The translations under genes and the position numbers were made by a program. From the NCBI GenBank assembly GCA_051294375.1, contig CM119271.1:5389850-5444892 (forward strand): 55,043 nt of DNA. The letters are read 5' to 3'. The notes beneath the pieces were generated by a model. The model saw only the letters and a program-made list of their open reading frames with translations, searched no databases and was not told the DNA's origin. Of the stretch, positions 37,588 to 48,287 are shown one piece after another; positions within the stretch are counted from its first letter, which is position 1; each line of letters opens with the position of its first letter. The stretch is from Paraspadella gotoi. Its lineage: Eukaryota; Animalia; Chaetognatha.

Positions 37588-40500
37588 GCCTGCTTGTTCG
37601 CTCGCATGTTTGCTTGCGCTTTCCTTCTTCGCCAAGAAGACATTTCTTGATTGCTTCGTCGATCACGTGGTAACTTTTTTTTGTTAAAAAGAAAACAAAA
37701 AAAAACAGAAAGCAAAAAGTCATTCTGATTTGTGAGAGAAGTTTTTAGAAGTCAAACCTCGTTACGAAGAAATCTTTTATTTGTCTCTTTATAACTTTAT
37801 TTGTGTGTTCTCTTCTCTTCTCTTTCTTTCTTCTTTCTTCTTCTTCTTTCTTTTTTTTTTTTTTTCTATTCTTGTCTTTCTTCCTCTTTCTTTCTTTCCT
37901 TTTCTTGATCGTTTTTTCTAGTTCTTTCTTTACTTTCCTTATCTTTCTGTTTTCTTTCTTCTTTCTTCGGACTTTAGTTCGTTTCTTTAATTTCTTTATT
38001 TTTAGTTTATTTTTATTTTTAGTGACTCTATAAGTCACTTTTCGGTCGGTCCGTCGGTCTGTCCNNNNNNNNNNNNNNNNNNNNNNNNNNNNNNNNNNNN
38101 NNNNNNNNNNNNNNNNNNNNNNNNNNNNNNNNNNNNNNNNNNNNNNNNNNNNNNNNNNNNNNNNNNNNNNNNNNNNNNNNNNNNNNNNNNNNNNNNNNNN
38201 NNNNNNNNNNNNNNNNNNNNNNNNNNNNNNNNNNNNNNNNNNNNNNNNNNNNNNNNNNNNNNNNNNNNNNNNNNNNNNNNNNNNNNNNNNNNNNNNNNNN
38301 NNNNNNNNNNNNNNNNNNNNNNNNNNNNNNNNNNNNNNNNNNNNNNNNNTCATGTAGTCATGTTATGTCATGTCACGTCATGTGTTGTTACGTCATGTCA
38401 TGTCATTTCATGTCACAAAAAATACAAGTGAAAAGGCAGTCACTGCGGCGCAACACATTNNNNNNNNNNNNNNNNNNNNNNNNNNNNNNNNNNNNNNNNN
38501 NNNNNNNNNNNNNNNNNNNNNNNNNNNNNNNNNNNNNNNNNNNNNNNNNNNNNNNNNNNNNNNNNNNNNNNNNNNNNNNNNNNNNNNNNNNNNNNNNNNN
38601 NNNNNNNNNNNNNNNNNNNNNNNNNNNNNNNNNNNNNNNNNNNNNNNNNNNNNNNNNNNNNNNNNNNNNNNNNNNNNNNNNNNNNNNNNNNNNNNNNNNN
38701 NNNNNNNNNNNNNNNNNNNNNNNNNNNNNNNNNNNNNNNNNNNNNNNNNNNNNNNNNNNNNNNNNNNNNNNNNNNNNNNNNNNNNNNNNNNNNNNNNNNN
38801 NNNNCTGCATCCTTACTTTGTTCGTTAATCTTGTCAGTTGCTAATATCATCATCTTAATATAAATATTTTAAATTAAAATCCGTCACGGATTTTTTAAAA
38901 ATTTTCATTCAAGTATCATATTATCTTTGTTGTCATCATCGTCCTGTTAAATAAATATATCGTTTTTAAAAATAAAAACCTCTGTTCTTGTACACAACAA
39001 TGCATTTTTATAAAAAAAATCTTATGTTATTTGGGTATGAACCATATATATAAAATCTTCAAAATTTCAACAAAGAATTCATTACTCTTAAAACTGTTTA
39101 AATTTCTCAGTCTGAATTAATATTCAAAGTTGTGGCTCTTTCTTAGCTTTTAATCGAATATATCTTTATTATTTTGAAATACTGTGATTATAATGCTTAT
39201 CTTTTTCTCCACGCACGTTTTAAAAGAATTTTTTTTTTTGGAATATTTTGTTTGGATCTTATTTTAAAAATTATACTTAGTACAATTATTCATAAAAACA
39301 TTTTCTTTGATACCTTCATTAGAACTAGGGAAACAAATTGTCTATTTAAGAAGGCCACAGTACAATTTGACATTGCCGCTGAATCTAATCACGAATACAT
39401 AAACAATTCGCAACAAAAAGATTACAAGAAGAAGACAAAAGATTAAAAAAAAAAAGAAGAAAAAGAAAAGAGAAAATCGAAGAGGAAAAAAAGAACATAA
39501 GAAAACTACGAACGAACTCAGGGATTGCGAAACAAAGTAGACTCCGTTTCTGGTTTTTTTTCTCCTTTTTGCTTTCTCCTGTTTGATTCAGTTCTTTTTG
39601 CTCCAAACTTTCATGGGATTCGGGCATGAAACTTCCTCCGCAAGTGTTTAAGGCGGGGGGAACAGGGGGTGGGGAGAAGGGGGGGAGGGGCTTTTTTTCA
39701 TTCCTCCACACGTGGCGCGGATGCCATCTTGTTTTTTTCAACTTATACCTTTTTTTAGTTTTTCTTTAATTATAATTCTTTTGTCTGTCTCTGTTCTCTC
39801 TTTCTCTCTCTCAGTTTTTCTTTTATTCTCTACGCTTCAACAAAACTTACCCTCAGGCCAATCGCGTTCCTTTCATTCTCCTCGACCTCATTGGAAAACG
39901 CAATCGGCTGTTCACGTCCCGTTGACTTTGCAAGATGGTGAAAATTTAAACCTTTCACAACAAAATGAGAAAGCGGAAACGAGAAAAGGGGGAAAAAAGC
40001 AGTGAGATTTATGACAAGTGAGAAAATCGGAGAAGCAATGACAAATTTTACAAATTTAACCTTACGATCCTCGCGAAAGCAATCTTGACCGCATTTAAGT
40101 TCAAAAACTTGTTATACTGATAGAAGGAAAGAAAAATAGAAAAAAAAAATACGAGAAAATTACTAAACAATAATTGACAAATCCAAACAAGTATGCCAGT
40201 GCCAGTTTAAAAAAAGGCTGTTGAAAGGCAATTACGGAGATAGGGCAAACGAAAAATAGGTTACAACCAATAGCCAAAAACAAAAAAAAAAAAATTCAAA
40301 ATGACAAAGTGTGAGATGATCCGAGCAGGGAACGGCGTTGAAACGATCCTTCTGTTGCTCGAGCATCGGAAAACCAACCCGCCTCTTCGAAACCATTGCC
40401 TCATTTTCTTAAAAAGAGAGATGTTTTCATGTGACTGGGCCCTCAACAACACAACGCGAATAAGGATTTGAAACGTTTATCTGCATAAACTATCTTTGCT

Positions 40501-41042
40501 ATCGCAAACTCATTAATGAATTTTCGAAATTTTATTCTAAAAGTAAATCGGGGGGGGAAACATAGCGAAGAACCATTGCGCATTTTAAGCCGTTTCAACG
40601 GCAAAGCTGCCAACATTTTGGGTACTTTTTGATACGGACAATACCGACGCGATGAGCAGCAAAAAGAAAAAAACAAAAAAAAAAAAAAACAAAAAACCTA
40701 AATCGCTCTGAGCAAACAACTTTTAAAATTAAAGCAAGAAAGGAAGTAAGACACGACGACGGACGGACAACAGAGACGTTTGCAGACGCACGGACTAAAA
40801 AATCAATAGTCGTTAATGGCTTTTAGTCTACAGCGTTCGAGATCTTTGCGCGCCATTGGTGGGCGTGGCTTGCGCTTGTGTTTGTGAAGCGGGATGTTGT
40901 CTTGCGAGGAGCGGATTTTTATGAAGCGGTTTTTTTTCTTTTTTTTCGTTAGGAGGCGAAATCCGCTGTAACCCCTTTTCTCTCCCCTGGAGACGAGAAA
41001 GGGGGCGGGGAAACGAGGGCGAAAAGAAAGCTTGATTGTTTC

Positions 41043-41073
<31 letters not shown>

Positions 41074-42217
41074 GGCCTGCTTGTTCGCTCGGCACTGTTT
41101 GGCGTTGCGCTTTCCTTCTTTCCGCCAAGGAAGACATTTCTTGATGCTTCGTCGATCACGTGGTAGACTTTTTTTTGTTAAAAAGAAAACAAAAAAAACA
41201 TGGAAAGCAAAATAGTCATTTCTGATTTGTTGAGAGGAAGCTTTATTAGGAAGTTCAAACCTGCTTACGAAGAAAATCCTTTTATTTGTCTCTTTATGAA
41301 CGTTTATTTTGTGTGTTCTCTTCTGGCTGATCTGCTTCTCTTCTGCTTCTTTCCTCTTGTCTCTTTCTTTCTTTCTCTTCTTTTTTTCTTCGTTTCTTCT
41401 TTCTTTTCTTTCTTTCTTCTTTTTTCTTTTCTTTCTTCTTTTCTTTCTTTCTTTCTTTCTTTCTTTTTCCTTTTCCTTTCTTCTCTTTCTTTCGACTTTA
41501 GTTCGTTTCTTTGGGTAATTTCTTTAGTTTTTAGGTTTATTCGTATTTTTAGGTGACTCTATAAGTCACTTTTCCTGGTCGGTGTCCGTGCGGCTCTGTC
41601 CCCATGTACGGTAAAATGCTTTATAATTTGCCTATTAGTTGGTCTGCTCTTTTGTTAAGACAGAAAAAAACTAAAATCTAAGGGACTGCAAGCGCCGCTT
41701 TTCAGGAAATCCTTAAAACTATTAAGCGAATAAAAGACAGAATTTTGAATTGCAGTGCATGTTCATAAATGTACGGGCTAAGAAAGTTATTGCTAGCTCA
41801 TGTCTTAGTCATGTTATGTCATATCACGTTCATTTTGGTCACGTCCAGTCATATCATGTGCATATCATATCACGAGATAATACAGAACGTGAAAAAGCAG
41901 TCACTGCGGCCGCAACACATCTTGAATTTACCGTTCTTGTTTTTTATCTTAAGTATTTTTTTGGTGTTTCTCGATTTATCGGTTCTCTCTGGAGAAAGGA
42001 ACTGGATCAGTCTGGCCTTTTCGCTTGTCGTGTTGTTATCGTCGTCGGTTTTTAACCAGCATTAGTGGCTCTGCATCCTTACTTTGTCGGTTAAATCTGT
42101 CAGTTGCTAAGATCCATCATCTTAATATGATATTTTTAAATTAAAATCCGTCACGGGATTTTTTTTTTTTTTTTTTAATTTTCATTTTAGTATCATATTA
42201 TCTTTGTTGTCATCATC
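35680..42217. repeat. Apparent tandem duplication (35680-38940 / 38941-42217), probably a long-read gap-fill artefact
   Basis: Both units start GTCC(T)GTTAAATAAATATATCG and end TATCTTTGTTGTCATCATC. The second copy has dense 1-2 bp insertions and spans the N gaps of the first. Confidence 0.85.
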
Positions 42218-42788
42218 CTAATCGTCATCGTCATCCGTCATCTTTTGTCGTGCATCCGTTCTTCGTCTGCCTTTGTATCATCGCTTATGTATCTTTCGTC
42301 GTCCCGTCATCGTCTTTTTAGATGTCGTCATGTGACAAGAGTCTCACCTCGTCATCCGGTATGCTCCCCCACGTCGGCCGCGCTGATGTCACCAGAGGGC
42401 CAATCCAAACGCGTACCTTTGGCGCCGGGCGGCGTCTGGGGCGGCGGTCGGGTCGTCGCTGGAAGAGGTCGTCCGCCCGCCGGCGTTACGGCGGCACCGT
42501 CCGGGATCGATAACAGTTTCCGCACGTGGCGACGCGTGGCGCCACGAGTGCTAAGTACACAAACTTCATACCAGTACGTTAGAAGTGAAACAATTACTCG
42601 TACATTCTCATATTACTAATTTCTATTGTCGATTCTATGGTAGTACTCTGCAAATTTACAACAATGATATTGATGAGGCATCACGATTAGTTAAAAACCC
42701 ATCACCTCAACGAGTTCTTTATGGAATTATGATGGAAATTGAAAGAGGACTAAAAATGATATTTAGATAAGGCCGCGTGCCATTGAGA

Positions 42789-42835
<47 letters not shown>

Positions 42836-42837
42836 CT

Positions 42838-42878
<41 letters not shown>

Positions 42879-43388
42879 TCATCTAAGATTACTTTTTTAT
42901 CCCAGATTTCACCAATGATACCTCAAGTTTGAACCATCTTTCCAACTCTATTTTCTGACCGCCGCTTCCGCCGCCGCTTACGCCGCCTCCGCCGGCTGCC
43001 TCACCCCCCGCCTTCGNNNNNNNNNNNNNNNNNNNNNNNNNCCTCCGCCGCATCCCCTCTCGCCAATAAGTCCTTCACATCTTCTAGTCACTGCTCAACC
43101 CCGCCGTGCCTGCTAATCGCGCAACCTTCTCTTGACTAACCATAGCTTAACTCCGCCTCGGAAACGTTAAAACCCGTAAGCAGCCACTCATTCAACCCAT
43201 ACCTAGCCAATGCTCAATCCCGCCGTGCCAAACAACCTAACCACCCTTAAACCCCACCGTGTCTGGCGCGCGTCGGTTCGTGATGACGCCGTCGTCGACT
43301 CTCTGCCAACGAGACAAACCTTTACGACCCATTTGTCTCTCGAGTTTTACACTGAAAGAAAAGGGAGAGAGAAGTAGAGGAGGAGAGT

Positions 43389-43419
<31 letters not shown>

Positions 43420-44789
43420 ACGAGAGAGAGAGAGATATTATTAAAAAGAAAAAGTGGATTGAGACAAAAAAACACGCGAATAGAAATGATAAGAATATAA
43501 AATGAAAAGAAAAGGCCAAAAGGAAGAAAAGAAAGCGGGGGAAAAAAGAAAATAGAACGACAAGAAAAGGAAGAATAAAAGAAAGAGAAAAGACGAAAGG
43601 GCTCACACTCGAAAATCTATTATTCGACGTAATGATTTTCGGCGTACCTCGTTAGGGTAAACCGCCATTACTTCGGTCGTCGTCGTCGTCGTCGAGGCAG
43701 TGTTGGTGTGTGTTGTGTTGTTGTCGTCGTTGTTGCAACGTTTCCAAGGAGGAAAGAAATGTGAAATAAATATTTGATAAACAAATCCTCAAAATTTATA
43801 ATTAGTTTGATAATTAATTTTAAGATTCATTTTTTTTTTCAAACTTCAAAAACATTATCAGTATTAAAACCGACTAATCGTAGACTGACCGACCGACTTA
43901 TCGACTAACCAATCCCAAATTTCTAGAATCGGTCGTCGTCGTCGTTCGTCGATTCGTTTAGATTTTCGTTGATCGTCTTTTTGTTTCCGCAGAGGCGCTT
44001 AGAGTCGTCGCTTAGGCGTCTCCAACAGATTAACCGCCTTTTTATTTATCTTTCTTATCCCAACTTTTTTTATTCTTTTCGACTTTCTGTTTTTTTTTTT
44101 TTTTTCGATGAGAAATATACGACGAATTTAAAGAGAACACAAGTATCGGAAGGGATTCGCTGTGATTCAAGAGAAAATTTTTCTTTCTCGCCCGACTTCA
44201 AGACGATCTTCATCCTAGCGCGGGGGGTGAAAAATGAGGTCATCCAAGCAAGCAATGCTTGCATCCAGTGCGCTTCGACGAGACGCTAATCGATCGAGTC
44301 CCACGTTCCGATCGCCGACTCGATATCGTTCGATTCCGCCCGATCCGATTCGTCACTTCGGTTTTCGAATGCCGCAATCGTTAGAGCGCCGCAACGAGCC
44401 GGCGTCATACGCCGCGCCTCTTATCGCCAACAGGTGTGGGGGGAGTGGAGATGAGAGAGAGGAGAAGGAGACCGAGGAAGAGAGAGAGAGAGAGAGAGTA
44501 GAGAGAGAGAGAATGAGAGAGAGAGAGAGAGAGACGTTTTACCATGAGGTCAAAGGACAAAATAGAAACGTGAGACAGACTGCAGACAGACATCAAGACC
44601 GACAGGAAAAAACAGAGGCATATATGCACTAAGGCGGACCAGGTTACAAACTAACCGAAGTCCGGTATAAATATTGTTAATGTCTTTATTAAAAATCGTG
44701 AAAATAAAAAAAATTTAAGATTTATCTTATAGTTAAACGCATGGAAACTATTTTAGGCGTATTTTATATTATCCAAATACCATATAATG

Positions 44790-45100
44790 TTAAAAAATTT
44801 TTAGAATAAATTTTGATTTTTTTAACGGATTCTGATTGAGCTTGAAAAGTTAGATGAAGGTTATTATTACAACTTTTTGAAATTTTAATGACTTATCTAT
44901 GAAAATTAACAAAAACAATAAAATTTAATGAATGACAATGATGATGATGATTTTTTAAGGTTTTTTCTAATTTTAGCCCATTTATCATTAAATTTTTTGG
45001 AATTTGTAGTACTAACCTTTATCTAACTCTTTAATCTTTATCAGAATCAATTTTTAAAAATTTTAATTTTTTAAAATAACTTTTAAGCATTTCCTATATA
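44790..45100. repeat. Diverged AT-rich inverted repeat (old foldback MITE)
   Basis: AGTTAGATGAAGGTTATTATTACAA (~44849) is inverted to TTGTAGTACTAACCTTTATCTAACT (~45004); GATTCTGAT/ATCAGAATC pair further out. Confidence 0.55.
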
Positions 45101-45248
45101 TTGTTAAATGCATGAGGAAAAATTACATTTAATCAAAATCTAACATCATAAGTAAATTTTGGTTTCTAAAAGGACAAAAATTACTTTTATTACAGACGCT
45201 TTTTTATTATTAAAAAATGTTTAATATTTAATCCCCCCCCCGGCAAAG

Positions 45249-47986
45249 ACGACGACCCCGACTTTTTTCGGCGCCCGACGTCCAAACGAAAACCCTGGCG
45301 ACGCCTCGAGAGAAACGTCAACTTTAGACCGGAAGATGACGCCGTTCCCGTCGCGTGGCCAGGGAGGGGAAATACCGGACCCGGACCCGGAACCGGAGCG
45401 AGAACCGAAAACAAAACCGGAGTCGCGCGGGACGTCGGCACTAACGTCAGCGCCGCGTCCGGCCGTTACATGTGCAACGACTACAACTGTCCCGGCAATC
45501 GGCCCAGGGAAAGTGGCAACGTCAAAGGAGTCAGCAGCGTCAAGGTAGATGGTTGCATGAAGAAGAGCGGCAGCCTCAGAAACAGCGACAAAGACGACAG
45601 ATTTAAATACGACATCGTCAAGAGTTCCTTGAGTTTGAAGAGGAACAGCAACGTGAAGGACGGAAGCAGGAGCGTGAGCGTGAGGGGTCAGAGCACGTCG
45701 AGGGACGACAACGAGGTGGGGAACTTCAGGGACGCCGTCCCCGCCCTCGCCGCCAACGCCGACGAGGTCGACGAGGACGTCAGGGAAAACAGTTTCGTGG
45801 AAGAAGAGGCGGTGGAGGTTCTTTCTTGCGTCGACCGCGAGGAGGCTCGCTGATACACGTCTCGGCGTGGTCCCGTCGAGGCTCATGGCGGAGGAATATC
45901 TCAGTCGAGAGAGGGGAGCCGAAGTGGATGGGTGGGGAAAGGTGAGTGATTTAAGAGAAGGGAGGTGAGTGATTTAGAGAGGAAGGGTGAGTGATTTAAG
46001 AGAGGAAAGGTGAGTATGATTTAGGAGAAGAAAGGTGAGTGATTTAAGAGAGGAAAGGTGAGTGATTTAAGAGAGAAAAAGGGGAGTGATTTAAGAGGAA
46101 AGGTGAGTGTGATTTAAGAGAGGAAAGCGTGAGTGATTTAAGAGAGGAAAGTGAGTGATTTAAGAGAGGAAGGTAAGTGATTTAAGACAGAAAGGTAAGT
46201 GATTTAAGAGAGGAAAGGTGAGGAGTGAAACTTTAAAAAAGAGTTGGTAAGAGAGAGGTGAAGGGTGAGGATGGGTGAGGGATAGAAATTGTGAAAGGAT
46301 AAGTTGAGAGAAGTGATAAGCGGTTTTACTTACCAATTGAGTGACAGACAGACAGACAGACAGACAGAAATTTGATATCTTCATGGTCCGCATTGGCCAC
46401 CGCCAAAACCACTTTTTTTTTTTTTTTCTTTTTTACTCATTCCCCTCGCGTCCCTCTTCCGCTCTTTTCATTTTGTGACTTTTACAATTTCTTTGATCTC
46501 CTCAGCTATAGGCCCCCAGCTGCAGGAAAATTACGATATAGATATATAATATATATATATATAATATAAATTAGATATTATGGCAACAGCCTGTGATGCC
46601 CATTGGGCTTCCGACCCTCCAGTGACGACTCCAGTCACAGGCGCGGTTACCCTACGACGTCTCGTCTTGCCAACGCAGAGGGAAGTCTGTGGGAAGTGGA
46701 TGGAACACTACGCCTGGATGGTGTGTTCCCCTCTGACCAATGGAATTGGCTAAACGATGGAGGACGTGAGGCGGTGTGAATATACCACCACTCTTTCTCG
46801 CGATCTTTTCTCAGTTTTTCGGAGGAAACTTTTCCTGGAAAAAGGCGGAGATTTGTACCCCTGGATCTTGCGGCAATCTCAGATGCAAGACGTCTTCATC
46901 GAAGGGAAGACTCAAAACTGCCCCTCGCTCTCGAGAAAAGTCAGCCGCGGCGGCGGCGGAGATGGAGGTTAGGAAGGAGAAGGAAAGGAAGGAAAGAAGG
47001 AAAAAGGAAAGAAGGAGGCAGCAAGGCAAGCGAGGCGAGGCAAGGGAAGGAAGGAAAGGAAAGAGAAAGGAAAGAAAGGAAAGGAAAAGGAAGGAAAGGA
47101 AAGGAAAGGAAAGGGAAAGGAAAGGAAAGGAAAAAGGGAATGAGAGGAAAAAGGAAAGGAAAGGAGGCAAGGCAAGGCAAGGCAAGGCGAGCAAGGCAAG
47201 GCAAGGCAAGGCAGGGCAAGCGAGGCGAGGCAAGGCAAGGCAAGGAAAGGAAGGAAAGGAAAAGGAAAGGAAAGGAAAGGGAAAGAAAGGAAAGGAAAAA
47301 AGGAAGGAAAGAAGGAAGTAAGGAAGGAAGGAAGGAAGGAAGGAAGGAAGGAAAGGAAGGGTGAAGGAAGGAAGGAAGGAAGGAGAAGAAGGAAAGAAGG
47401 GAAAGAAAAAGAGGAAAGGAAAGGAAAGGAAAGGAAAGAAAATGCAAGGCAAGGAAATGAAAGGAAAAAAAGGAATGAAGGCCGGAAGGAATGAGAAGAA
47501 AAAAAGGACGAAAGAGAGAGGTTAAAAAGGATAATTTTTCTTAAAAATAAATTTATTCGAATAAACGGCAATAGCAAAGAGTCGAGTCTGCGAAGCGTCA
47601 CTTTTCCTCTTTTCCTCAATTTCAAATTCTCTCACCCTTCCGCCAACGGTTCCATTCGCCCGCCACCCAGACAAGATCCTCGCCATCTGCCTCGCTTCTC
47701 TGGCGGCTGGACTCCTCCTTTTCATTCTCCTCTCGGACGGAAAATCGAAATGCCACAATAAAAAATCAGTTTGTAGGGAGGCGCCGCCGCCGCCAGCTCC
47801 GGAAGGGGTATGGATTGATTGATTGGCTCAAGTAATTGATTCATCGATTTATTTATCTAATTATCGATAGATTAATTTATTTAGGTATCGATTTGGATAA
47901 ATAATAATGATTTTTTTTTCAAAATATTTTAGCCTAAATGCCCGAAGGTGAAAGCGGACTTCGGTACGGGTTGGCTGCGACCCTAA
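45249..47986 (+). CDS. Orphan membrane-anchored protein A (5' end unresolved; one apparent frameshift near 45845)
   Basis: Exons 45249-45941 (about 200 open codons with strong C3 bias, then a frame change to LADTRLGVVPSRLMAEEYL...GWGK), 46815-46967 (FFGGNFSWKKAEICTPGSCGNLRC...), 47580-47807 (hydrophobic ILAICLASLAAGLLLFILL, then SDGKSKC...PPPPAPEG) and 47933-47986 (PKCPKVKADFGTGWLRP*). GT-AG phase-0 joins; an alternative phasing is possible. Confidence 0.5.
45936..46222. repeat. ~23-bp minisatellite (GAAAGGTGAGTGATTTAAGAGAG)n, about 12 copies
   Basis: Seen directly; the first unit overlaps the predicted donor at 45942. Confidence 0.9.
46970..47520. repeat. Purine-rich compound microsatellite (GGAAA/GGCAA/GGAA)n
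   Basis: Seen directly; intronic; source of spurious ORFs at 46776-47625. Confidence 0.9.
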
Positions 47987-48287
47987 CTTCCGGAAAAAAA
48001 GTGGCTGCCGATGTTCATTTGTCGTCGGTAACGAGGAAAGGATTTTTCGAGAGAAAGACATCCTGCCATCTGCACAGATCAAGAACTTTCGAGAAAATAA
48101 AAACAAATGAACTGTTTCTGTGTAAAAAAACAATTAAATATATTTAGTAATCTTATCTGTATGTTATAGTATTTTGCAGTTGTCTAAAAATTTCTTATAA
48201 TTTTATCGTTTAAAAAATGAGATTAACTTGAATCCTTTTGATTTTTTTTTTTGTTTGTTTAATTTTTTTTTTGTTAAAGTTTTTACG

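Noticed and set aside
45851-45853. Selenocysteine or stop read-through at the in-frame TGA
   Set aside because: The same frame does stay open to the donor, but there is no redox motif or identifiable SECIS, and the paralog similarity continues in a different frame.
45221-45886. 221-aa minus-strand ORF
   Set aside because: Antisense shadow of the C3-biased plus-strand frame; splice signals support the plus strand.
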